Shown here: positions 16,979-24,604 of the stretch, piece after piece
Numbering within the stretch: the stretch's first letter is position 1
Layout of the letters: each line of letters starts with the position of its first letter
DNA from: a virus
Lineage: Duplodnaviria; Caudoviricetes
Reading direction: 5' to 3' (one strand)
DNA length: 24,604 nucleotides
IMG/VR virus record: IMGVR_UViG_3300012940_001430
Coordinates: 1-24,604 of that record
Notes under the pieces: model-generated
Database searches by the model: none
Told to the model about the DNA's origin: nothing
What the model saw: only the letters and a program-made list of their open reading frames with translations
Program-made: the position numbers and the translations under genes

Positions 16979-18031
16979 CTACGCGACAAACTTTTTTATC
17001 GCATTGGCCAGGTTTTCGTTTGCAGCCAGAAGACGCCGCTTTCCACCGCCCTTTTTGTCGGCGAAATGGCTGGGCATTCCCAACTTCTCACCGACTTCCG
17101 CGAAGCTTCTGGAAGTTAGGGCCGCGTCGAGAGTTGCGACATCTTCACGGGAAAGCTCTGCGAGCGTCTCTTCCCACACTTCCCGATCTGCCAGCGCCGT
17201 CGATACGTCTTGCCACATCAGGGAGCCGGGCTGACCCTTAGGAAATTTCTTCATTCCCATGAACAATTCAGCGACAGATGAAGGTTGCCACGGAAACCCA
17301 GGCGGGCAACGCTGCACTGACGGCAGTTTTGGCGTATTAGCATAGGCTCTTGCGAGGTCGGCGCGGGTCTCATCTTTCGACACCTTGACGTAGCGTTGAC
17401 GTTTTTTCGTCTTCACCTTGTTCGGTAGATTGGCTTCAAGTAGTTCTGCGAAATAGGCGTTGCTCTCGCCTACGCCTTTCCTGTTGCCACCCAGTACTCG
17501 CTCTTGATCTTCTGACGTTCCGAGCATCGCACCAACCGGCACTTCCGCGTCGAAGGCAATTACCTTACCGTCAGGGCCGCGCGTGTAGGCCCGTTCTGTT
17601 GCGTGCCCGTTTGAAAAACGCAGTTTCCCGATGCGAGTGACAACCTTATGCCGTTTCCCTTTGCCGTCAATGTGCGTGCCGATCTCGATATCGCCGCCAA
17701 CCGGATGCGAGTATGATTTTTCATCGGGCCCACGATCGCTAAACCGATAGCGTGAATGGCCGCTATCAATCTTCCCGCAATACGGCACTTTACGGTATTC
17801 TGCCTTGGCGATCTCGCGTTCGATTTCACCGAGCGTCGGACGGATATTGATGCGTCGCTCGATGTGAAAATCTTTGATATCTGATCGCTGGTCCTCGTCG
17901 CCTTCGTCGTAGTTGTCGTTATCATGGGTCAGGTTCCAGTTAGTCCGCAAAGGCTCATATTCCTCCTGCGGCCGGTTCCGATACGCCATCAGTGGCGCAA
18001 GCTGTTCTGCTATCGATCCATGTCGGGTCAT
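16979..18031 (-). CDS. Hypothetical 350-aa protein, candidate late-gene regulator
   Basis: C-terminal HTH-like segment 'LSREDVATLDAALTSRSFAEVGEKLGM'; lies between the replication and packaging modules; ATGA overlap with the upstream gene. Confidence 0.7.
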   Translation of the reverse strand: MTRHGSIAEQLAPLMAYRNRPQEEYEPLRTNWNLTHDNDNYDEGDEDQRSDIKDFHIERRINIRPTLGEIEREIAKAEYRKVPYCGKIDSGHSRYRFSDRGPDEKSYSHPVGGDIEIGTHIDGKGKRHKVVTRIGKLRFSNGHATERAYTRGPDGKVIAFDAEVPVGAMLGTSEDQERVLGGNRKGVGESNAYFAELLEANLPNKVKTKKRQRYVKVSKDETRADLARAYANTPKLPSVQRCPPGFPWQPSSVAELFMGMKKFPKGQPGSLMWQDVSTALADREVWEETLAELSREDVATLDAALTSRSFAEVGEKLGMPSHFADKKGGGKRRLLAANENLANAIKKFVA

Positions 18032-18312
18032 CCGATCGCCCTCCGCTTACCGCTGTACCTTTCAAGCGCTGCTTTACCCTTCGGGCTTGCAGCCAGCTTG
18101 TATTCGCCCGGCTTACCGGCAGGGAGCCATTGCAACATCTTCCGACGTTCGAGACTGGCAATAGTCATCTCGCCTCTGGCCTCACTGCAATTTTGGTGCA
18201 TTCCGTATGCAAGCATCCAAGCTTGGTTAGGCGTCAGGTATAATTCGTCGTCCGTCCATTCTGGTTCTGCGCTGGGCGGTAGGTTGTCATTCGCTGCGGC
18301 TCGCGGTGCCAT
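18028..18312 (-). CDS. Hypothetical protein, possible winged helix (94 aa)
   Basis: GAGGAG RBS; pattern 'LTPNQ...TIASLERRKML...SPKGKAAL'. Confidence 0.7.
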   Translation of the reverse strand: MAPRAAANDNLPPSAEPEWTDDELYLTPNQAWMLAYGMHQNCSEARGEMTIASLERRKMLQWLPAGKPGEYKLAASPKGKAALERYSGKRRAIG

Positions 18313-18360
18313 GTCTGCTCCTCGTGTTCGTGGTGTGGTGTGGTCAGCTGTTTATTGGGG

Positions 18361-18480
18361 TGGAATTCCAACCGGGTTCCAACCCGGGTTGGGTGTTCCA
18401 ACCCAATGGGGGTATAAGGGGGTTGGAAGGAACACCCGTTGGAAGGCGTTGGAAGACCGTTGGAAGGACCGTTGGAATTC
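18361..18480. repeat. Iteron-like cluster, putative replication origin
   Basis: TTCCAAC at 18366, 18377 and 18396; GTTGGAA at 18422, 18438, 18448, 18459 and 18471; directly downstream of the primase-helicase gene. Confidence 0.8.
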
Positions 18481-20620
18481 ATTCACGAGCCATGCGACCG
18501 GCAGCGATTTCATCGGCGATAACGACCAATCTCTGCCTCTGTTTGGACTGTGGTCCTTCCATTTCGACGCGAATTTTGTCAGCGGCAAAAAGCCGTTTCA
18601 TGGCGCCTTCAAAACCCTTCTTGTCTATGCCTTCAGCATTTGGCATGCCTTCCATGAAAGTCGGTGCATAGGTGCTGCTGCGCGATGATGAAACACGCTG
18701 ACCCGTCCGATTGATCTCAGACAATAACCGCAAGAAGACCTGCTCTTGATGCGCGTGTAAAAGCCCAGCAGCGGGCGACGGCTTACCGTCGTCGAGCATA
18801 AAGGCACCTTCCTCCCATCGCAGCTTTATTTCGCCTCCAACCTTCCCGTAGTTCGTTTTCATGGTTTTCAGGATGCGGGCGTCTGGGTCGGGGTCGTCTT
18901 TGGTGTCTGGTCTCGTCAAATACAGTCGACTCCGAACCGAATTATTCCAGGCCGTAGACCCCGATGAACCCGTGCCGTTTTGCATGCCAGCTACTGACGG
19001 GTGGGCCAAAAGGATAATCGCGCAGCTGATCTCGATCGCCAATTTGCGAAGCATGGAAACAAACTGGCGGACCTGAGCGCGCTTAACCTCGTCGCCGCCG
19101 AACAAATCGGCAGCTGTGTCCAGAACGATCAGGGCAGGACAGTAGGTCCGAGCTTCCTTGGAAAAGGCGTTCCATAACGGTGTTGGCTCCATGACGCCGG
19201 TTTTCGTGTTCGGAATGGATAGAAGTGCGTCGGCGTCCGCCAGCGGTAGTAGCTTGAAGTCTTCAAGGTCGGATAGCTTCCGGCTGTGCGCCTTGGTGAT
19301 ATCGACCAGCCGTCGGTGAAATTCCGCCGCCTCATCCTCTGCACCGAGATACAGCACGCGACCACGCATGGGCTGCATATCAAGCGTCTCGCAACCCATA
19401 GAACCAGCGGCCGCCAGTTGAAGCGCCAGCAGCGACTTGCCGACGCCACCGTCACCATTCAGGATGGTCACCTGCCGCATAGGCACAAGACCGTCGAGCC
19501 ACCATTCACGCTCTGGTACGGGCAGTCCGAACCAAACCGACGGAACGATGAATGGCAATTCTTCGCCATTGGCTTCGGCGACATGCGCTACACTAGAAGC
19601 CTGCTTGGCTTGGTGTTTGGCAATTAGGCGTGACGTGTCGACAGGTCGCGTACCGTCGTCATAGTTATCGTTCGCAGGCGCCGGCATTTGTCGCGGTTTA
19701 AGTATCCCAGCATCCAGTCCGCGCCGGATTTTCGCCCGCACCTCTTTCTCACCGTCCTTCGCAACAACGCCATTGGCAAGCGCAGCGTCAAACAACCCGC
19801 GCTCGGCGTCGATTCGTGAAAGCGCGCCTGCACCAACTAGCGTACCCAAAGAAAACGCGCTGGCATTGACCTGGGCGCCTCGGCCGCCTTGCCGCGTTCC
19901 GGCCAGTTCGGCCAGTTCGGCCTCAACTGCCGATCGAACGTAATTGTCGTGGCAATCAGCCTCAAATACCCAATCGCCTGCAGCTTGTTCGACGTGTTTG
20001 GGCAAGATCAGGTCAAGCAGCCATTGCGGAGCGTCAGCCACTGCAGGAAGCCCCTCGCCGTCATGGTCGATCCAGTCATATGTTCGCCCGTCGGCTGTGA
20101 CGCTCCCGGCCGCGATCACAAACCCGCCCTCGCCACGGATATCAAGGCCGTGGGAAAGAGCGCCACGATTGCGGACACCGTCGACGTGATTGAAGTAATA
20201 GTGAACACCGCCGCCAGCGGTGCGGACGGCTGCTGTTTTTGGCAATGGGCTATTTGCGGCTTCAAGTGCAGCCAACGCGGCCTTGCCGTCGATAAGCGTC
20301 CCGTCTGCTGTGTGATGCATGTCAACGTCGAGGACGAATATCCCGCTCCGTGCGCCGGTTGGGATTCCAACCATGGCGCCGCCATGCCGATTTTCATCCC
20401 ACCAAGCGCGCGCTATACGTTCGAAAAGTGAAGCGCCCTTCAGTCCGTTCGATATAAGCGGGGCTTTGGCTGGCAAAACTGTGATTTCACCCGTTGCATT
20501 ATCGACCAACTTGATGTCGCCAGCTCGGCATGGAAATACAGGAATGCCGTGCGAGATATAGCTTAGCGCCAGATCAAGCATGGGGTCAGTCTGACCAGAT
20601 GTTGAGTTAACTGCGACCAT
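18479..20620 (-). CDS. Bifunctional primase-polymerase fused to an AAA_25/RepA-type helicase
   Basis: Prim-Pol motifs PVFPC, VLDVD, GGGVHYYF and DIRGEGG; Walker A GDGGVGKS, Walker B IVLDT, LAHPS. Start uncertain (ATG 20620 or 20582). Confidence 0.9.
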   Translation of the reverse strand: MVAVNSTSGQTDPMLDLALSYISHGIPVFPCRAGDIKLVDNATGEITVLPAKAPLISNGLKGASLFERIARAWWDENRHGGAMVGIPTGARSGIFVLDVDMHHTADGTLIDGKAALAALEAANSPLPKTAAVRTAGGGVHYYFNHVDGVRNRGALSHGLDIRGEGGFVIAAGSVTADGRTYDWIDHDGEGLPAVADAPQWLLDLILPKHVEQAAGDWVFEADCHDNYVRSAVEAELAELAGTRQGGRGAQVNASAFSLGTLVGAGALSRIDAERGLFDAALANGVVAKDGEKEVRAKIRRGLDAGILKPRQMPAPANDNYDDGTRPVDTSRLIAKHQAKQASSVAHVAEANGEELPFIVPSVWFGLPVPEREWWLDGLVPMRQVTILNGDGGVGKSLLALQLAAAGSMGCETLDMQPMRGRVLYLGAEDEAAEFHRRLVDITKAHSRKLSDLEDFKLLPLADADALLSIPNTKTGVMEPTPLWNAFSKEARTYCPALIVLDTAADLFGGDEVKRAQVRQFVSMLRKLAIEISCAIILLAHPSVAGMQNGTGSSGSTAWNNSVRSRLYLTRPDTKDDPDPDARILKTMKTNYGKVGGEIKLRWEEGAFMLDDGKPSPAAGLLHAHQEQVFLRLLSEINRTGQRVSSSRSSTYAPTFMEGMPNAEGIDKKGFEGAMKRLFAADKIRVEMEGPQSKQRQRLVVIADEIAAGRMARE

Positions 20621-20858
20621 AGCGGGCGACGGCCTCCTGTTTCGCGAGAACGACAAGCTCATCCGCAAGGGAAATGGGAAGTGTAACGGAATAACCGAAG
20701 TTGTCCTTTGGGCCGAAAACGCGCAGTCCGTTGCGAGTTTCTGCAAGCCGCATCCGGTAAATCTTCAAACCGTTCGGAAACTCAGCGTCGAAAAAATATT
20801 TCGTTCCCCCAGCGCCAATACGCGCCGGGGTGATGTTCAGGATCGTGGCGGACGTCAT
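20607..20858 (-). CDS. Small hypothetical protein, possibly SpoVG-like nucleic-acid binder
   Basis: Beta-meander plus helix pattern 'FFDAEFPNGLKIYRMRL...NGLRVFGP'; coupled overlaps. Confidence 0.65.
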   Translation of the reverse strand: MTSATILNITPARIGAGGTKYFFDAEFPNGLKIYRMRLAETRNGLRVFGPKDNFGYSVTLPISLADELVVLAKQEAVARYGRS

Positions 20859-21241
20859 GCGGCCTCGACAACGACGTTGTGTGGCGTGAAGAACAGTTCG
20901 CCATCCGAAGCACGCCGCATCACGGCTTCCTTGCCGTGCAGTTCGGACGAATCTTCAATCCCGCAAAGGCCGACACTTTCGCGGAGACGTCCAAGTTCCG
21001 TCTGTCCTCGCTCCTGGCGACTATAAACCGGGCTTTCCAACACAACGTTGAAGTGGAATTTGCTTTTGTCGTAACGCCCATCGCAAAAAACAGTAAGTAC
21101 GGTTTCCTTGCCGATCTTATCGACCAGCGTGTCGTTCACGATGAATGCAATTTCATCCTGCTTCTGGATTGATGCGTGGAGCTTCTTCTTGCCGGAGTTC
21201 CGGCTAAGCTGAGCGGCAAGTTGTAGTGTTGCTGCGGACAT
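20855..21241 (-). CDS. Hypothetical protein, weak DUF669/SSB-like resemblance
   Basis: 'LGRLRESVGLCGIEDSSELHGK'; GAGGA RBS. Confidence 0.65.
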   Translation of the reverse strand: MSAATLQLAAQLSRNSGKKKLHASIQKQDEIAFIVNDTLVDKIGKETVLTVFCDGRYDKSKFHFNVVLESPVYSRQERGQTELGRLRESVGLCGIEDSSELHGKEAVMRRASDGELFFTPHNVVVEAA

Positions 21242-21273
21242 GTAGTTTCCTCGCGTTATTAGTGGTGTGGTAA

Positions 21274-21495
21274 TTAGTGAAATCGTGGTGCGGTTGGATC
21301 GTCACAGGTGAGCGGCTCACTGTGGTGCGGTACAGGCCGCCATTCGGTCCGATACCCTGTTTCCCGCCCTTGCTGATCATGGCTTGTAATTCCCCACGCT
21401 TGTTCCAGCTCGCCAGCATTCCAGCGCAGATATGGCGTCGGCGCTTCAATGCGGTAGGGAACAAAAGCGATGGGAAAAGCTTCCGCTTTGCTCAT
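21274..21495 (-). CDS. Hypothetical phage protein (73 aa)
   Basis: GAGGAG RBS; 'LEQAW...EWRPVP'. Confidence 0.65.
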   Translation of the reverse strand: MSKAEAFPIAFVPYRIEAPTPYLRWNAGELEQAWGITSHDQQGRETGYRTEWRPVPHHSEPLTCDDPTAPRFH

Positions 21496-21571
21496 AAATT
21501 CTCCTCGTGTTCAGGCGCGCGTCGGCCCATGGCGCGGGCTGTTGCGCATGCGGTTTGTTGTTGTGGTGTGG

Positions 21572-21775
21572 TTAAGCGGCTCGGGCTTCTTGCGCCTCAA
21601 TGAACGCCAAAATTTTTGACTTCCTTGCGCACACCAAGTCTCCAACCTTGAAGGTCGGCAAGACCCCGGTTTTTGCCAGGTGATATACTGTTCTCTCTCC
21701 AAAACCGGAGAATAATGCTATGGCTTTCGCGCCGACCAGCATATCGTCGGCAAGATTGTCATTTCCCGCGTTCAT
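21572..21775 (-). CDS. xis: AlpA/excisionase-like HTH protein
   Basis: 'GAKAIALFSGFGERTVYHLAKTGVLPTFKVG'; divergent from the integrase; GAGGAG RBS. Confidence 0.8.
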   Translation of the reverse strand: MNAGNDNLADDMLVGAKAIALFSGFGERTVYHLAKTGVLPTFKVGDLVCARKSKILAFIEAQEARAA

Positions 21776-21959
21776 ACGAATCTCCTCGCGTTACCAGCGC
21801 GCACGAAGGCGCACGACTGGCGTGGGTGTGGTAGGGTGATTTGGAATATTGCCGCAGGGTTCGGTGGCGGCTTTTTGTTAGGTGTTGGTCCCAAGGACCG
21901 GCTTGATTGCTTGTGGCAATCCTTCGATCAGACGTGAGTCTGTCGGAAACCATTACAGC

Positions 21960-22030
21960 CACATTAGGTGAGTCTCGAACGATCATGTCAACTTGTTTTT
22001 TTGACGACGGTTCATTTTCCATGTTACGCG
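21960..22030. promoter_or_regulatory. Back-to-back promoters for the xis operon and integrase
   Basis: Minus strand TTGACA (21991-21986) - 17 nt - CCTAAT; plus strand TTGACG (22001-22006) with an uncertain -10. Confidence 0.5.
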
Positions 22031-22060
22031 TATTCCGTTAGTCACAAAATGGAGACATAC

Positions 22061-23242
22061 ATGTCCATCAGGGAAAGAACCTGGACGACAAAAGGCGTAG
22101 TAAAAACAGCGTGGGTCTGTGATTATGTCGACCAGAAAGGCAAGCGCCATCTGAAAACGTTCAGGACTAAAAAAGAGGCCGAAGCATTCGATTCTCAATC
22201 GCATATAGAAGTCATGGGACGCGTTCACGTTGCCGATGCGGACACCGTGACTGTCAGGAAGGCTGCGGAGTTCTGGCTGTCCGAATGTGATGGTGCTCTG
22301 GAGCGATCGACAGTCGATCAGTACAAGCAGCACGTTGAGCTTCACATCAATCCATTCATCGGTAAAAAGCGTTTGAATGAGATATCCGTACCGGAAATTC
22401 GTAATTTCCTTGATGTGCTGAAGTCTGAAGGAAGATCGGCGGCGATGGTTCGCGCTGTCCGTGTCAGCTTGGGGTCGCTTCTCTCCGACGCGCAGGAGCG
22501 CGGCCTGGTCGTGAGGAATGCCGTGAAGGACATGGGTCGCGCGAAAGGGCGCAAAAGAGCAGAAGCGCGTCACCAACGCCCGGTCGAAGTCGGAACGGAC
22601 ATTCCGACACCCGCAGAAATAAAAGCCATCCTTGCGGCAGCTACGGGTAAATCTCGCATATTCATCTTGACCGCGTGCATGACTGGTATGCGAGCTTCGG
22701 AATTGCGAGGCTTGCGATGGCAGGACGTTAATCTTGATCGAGCCGAAATCACGGTTAGACAGCGCGCTGATGCCTATCAAGAAATAGGCTCCCCGAAGTC
22801 GAAAAAAGGAAGACGAACGATCCCGATCCCCGGCCCGCTCGCCGATGCTCTGAAAACATGGAAAGACGAATGCCCAAAAGGAACACTCGGGCTTGTATTT
22901 CCGACGGGAACGGGAGCTATTGAATATCATAGCAACATAGTTCACCGATGGTATCAGCCCGCGCAGGTAGCGGCTGGCGTCACCGTCAAAACTGGTAAGG
23001 TGGATAAGGACGGGAACGCCGAACTTGCGGCGAAATACACCGGCCTCCATGCCCTTCGGCATTTCTATGCGTCGTGGTGCATCAATCGACCGATCGATGG
23101 CGGATTGGGATTGCCCGCAAAAGTTGTTCAGGAGCGTTTGGGGCATTCTTCCATCACCGTTACATTGGACACATATTCGCATCTATTCGAACGGGGCGAT
23201 GACGGGTCACTGATGGATAAAGCGGCGTCGGCGTTTTTGTAA
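22061..23242 (+). CDS. int: Tyrosine integrase
   Basis: Catalytic motifs GMRASE, PKSK, HALRH, LGHS and TYSH; start at ATG 22061 with GGAG RBS; 393 aa. Confidence 0.97.
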   Translation: MSIRERTWTTKGVVKTAWVCDYVDQKGKRHLKTFRTKKEAEAFDSQSHIEVMGRVHVADADTVTVRKAAEFWLSECDGALERSTVDQYKQHVELHINPFIGKKRLNEISVPEIRNFLDVLKSEGRSAAMVRAVRVSLGSLLSDAQERGLVVRNAVKDMGRAKGRKRAEARHQRPVEVGTDIPTPAEIKAILAAATGKSRIFILTACMTGMRASELRGLRWQDVNLDRAEITVRQRADAYQEIGSPKSKKGRRTIPIPGPLADALKTWKDECPKGTLGLVFPTGTGAIEYHSNIVHRWYQPAQVAAGVTVKTGKVDKDGNAELAAKYTGLHALRHFYASWCINRPIDGGLGLPAKVVQERLGHSSITVTLDTYSHLFERGDDGSLMDKAASAFL

Positions 23243-23260
23243 CGCGACATGGGCGCAACA
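23243..23260 (+). repeat. Putative integrase arm-type sites
   Basis: CGCGACA (23243) and CGCAACA (23254), 11-bp period, between the int stop and the att core. Confidence 0.5.
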
Positions 23261-23297
23261 AATTCGAATTTCACTAATGTTTTCAAAGCTCCATTGA

Positions 23298-23344
23298 GGA
23301 CTCTGACTCCGTTAGTCTTGGTTCGAATCCAGGTCCCCCAGCCA
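23298..23344 (+). other. att site: 3' fragment of tRNA-Gln(CTG)
   Basis: GGA-CT-CTG-AC-TCCGT...GGTTCGAATCC...CCCCCAGCCA: anticodon loop, T arm and CCA end, with no D arm or 5' acceptor strand. Confidence 0.9.
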
Positions 23345-23403
23345 CTTGATTTTCCTGCGTAATTTCCGAAACAAAACTGGAACTGTAAAGACCATTTTGC
23401 AGT

Positions 23404-23526
23404 TTATTTCGCAACTTCCGTTACAGATTCGAGCTTGCAAATAGCCTGTCCTCCAAGCTTCGGATCGTGATTGAGATAGTGCGCCTCCAAAATCGAGCGA
23501 ACGTCCCGAAGGGCTATGTCCGTGAT
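23404..23526 (-). pseudogene. 3'-terminal relic of a second tyrosine integrase
   Basis: Reads ...LRDVRSILEAHYLNHDPKLGGQAICKLE; GGA-CAT-AGC (GHS) is present in a shifted frame at 23521-23513. Confidence 0.65.
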
Positions 23527-23779
23527 CAAAATGCTTTGGAGCCATTCAAAGCCAAAAGGTAACGGTCGCAAGCGATGCATATCGCTGACTGCCGCAGAGC
23601 GGCAGTTAATCCTGATCGCTTTGGCGATGACTACTGCTCTGCCAAGCATCTTTCGCGCTACAGAGGATCAACGCAATTCGCGCTGATTACACGATGAACA
23701 CATATCGCTTAACAATCAATAATTGCAGTTGAAATTCAAAACGTCCGGGGATACCTACCTGCGTGTTGTTGGGGGCACT

Positions 23780-24604
23780 ATGGACGGTTCTGCTGTTTTC
23801 AGCGCGAAGCCTTTGGTTTTCGCTGCATCGGATGAAGCATATTTTCGAAAGCATGCAGTTGGTTTTGCAAAGTCCTCGTTGAGGGCTGGCCACTCGGTAC
23901 ATCTAACAGTCACCCCCTCTCCAGGCGCGCAAGCAGGATCGCGCGCGCAGAAATTGCAGCGAAAGTTATTGCCTTCTTTTTGGAGACAGTTTTCGGACGA
24001 AGAACGTGCGCGTATCACCGTCGAGATTTGGTCTGATCCTCGTATAGAACGGGAGATGGGTGAGCTTGAAACCGTTATTTTCTACCAATCGGTTCGTTTT
24101 TTCCGTCTTCCTGCTTTGTTGCGCTCTTACAATCGTCCAGTAGCAGTTCTCGATATCGACAGCCTCGTAATCCAACCCATACCTGCTAGGCCAGGCAACG
24201 ATGTCGGTCTGTTCCTGCGGCTTAATGAGGAAAAGGGCAGAAATGAGTATGAGCGCCTTGGCATGAAAGTGCTGGGTGCCATGATCTACGCCGCGCCCTC
24301 TGGCGTCGAATTCTTTGAGGATGTTTCACGCTACATCGACAACCACGAACCGTTGTATTTTCTCGATCAACGCGCACTCTATGAAACTTATCTCTCAAGA
24401 CGAAATGTAAGAGTGTTCGACATCGCCGAAACAGGCTGGCTCGACTGGACTTTCAAACCTGGGGCTGTGGTTTGGACCGCCAAAGGAAAACGAAAGCGAC
24501 GCAATTTGAAATATGTCCGCGAGCGGCTGAAATTCGAGGGGCGGAGCCCGATTGCATCAACGCTTATAATTGCGGGATACCGCCTAGGGTTGCTCAGGAC
24601 GTAA
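23780..24604 (+). CDS. Putative GT-A-fold glycosyltransferase-like protein
   Basis: 'RFFRLP..L', 'VAVLDIDS' (DxD) and 'FLDQRAL'; likely start ATG 23780 after GGGGG (ORF track start 23723). Confidence 0.6.
   Translation: MDGSAVFSAKPLVFAASDEAYFRKHAVGFAKSSLRAGHSVHLTVTPSPGAQAGSRAQKLQRKLLPSFWRQFSDEERARITVEIWSDPRIEREMGELETVIFYQSVRFFRLPALLRSYNRPVAVLDIDSLVIQPIPARPGNDVGLFLRLNEEKGRNEYERLGMKVLGAMIYAAPSGVEFFEDVSRYIDNHEPLYFLDQRALYETYLSRRNVRVFDIAETGWLDWTFKPGAVVWTAKGKRKRRNLKYVRERLKFEGRSPIASTLIIAGYRLGLLRT

Larger units (their letters stand above)
1..23344. mobile_element. Integrated siphovirus-like prophage (left end outside window)
   Basis: Contiguous tail, head, packaging, replication and integrase genes, ending at a tRNA-Gln 3' fragment next to the integrase. 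Confidence 0.95.

Noticed and set aside
16447-16989. Short ORFs over the tRNA/hairpin region
   Set aside because: They overlap three tRNA cloverleaves and stem-loops; no coding support.
18361-18480. Possible CRISPR array
   Set aside because: Repeats are 7 bp, in both orientations, with very short gaps; no cas genes.
21960-22040. Alphaproteobacterial LexA box (GTTC-N7-GTTC)
   Set aside because: GAAC/GTTC half-sites are present but have no matching partner at 7-nt spacing.
21983-23182. 399-aa minus-strand ORF opposite the integrase
   Set aside because: Codon-aligned antisense shadow; no recognisable domain.
23270-23344. Intact tRNA-Gln gene
   Set aside because: The D arm and 5' acceptor strand are missing; this is an att fragment.

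Overview
Right-hand ~23.3 kb of an integrated siphovirus-type prophage, most likely in an alphaproteobacterium (Rhizobiales-like; inferred from protein types and the tRNA-Gln fragment). It ends at a 47-bp tRNA-Gln(CTG) 3' fragment (23298-23344) beside a tyrosine integrase. Nearly all genes are on the minus strand. From right to left they are an AlpA/Xis-like HTH gene, three small early genes, a Prim-Pol/AAA helicase with a repeat-rich putative origin, a 94-aa ORF and a 350-aa putative late regulator. Next come a multi-hairpin RNA region, three tRNAs (Met-CAT, Ile-TAT, Trp-CCA), two small ORFs and HNH-terS-terL. The structural block is protease, capsid, portal (placed after capsid), neck genes, tail tube, G/GT chaperones, a plus-strand membrane moron, tape measure and tail-tip genes, truncated at the left edge. 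No CI repressor or lysis genes are visible in the window. Beyond the att site lie a decayed second integrase 3' end and a GT-A-like gene. The most notable signals are (i) a two-loop RNA whose loops (CCUCCUC and GUGUGG) complement a bipartite motif in the early-gene leaders, (ii) ssrA-tag-like ANDN and AA/VA motifs encoded in phage proteins, (iii) a tRNA-Ile(UAU), and (iv) a repressor-less, PICI-like early module driving a full head and tail set. All annotation was done by eye; no database searches were run.
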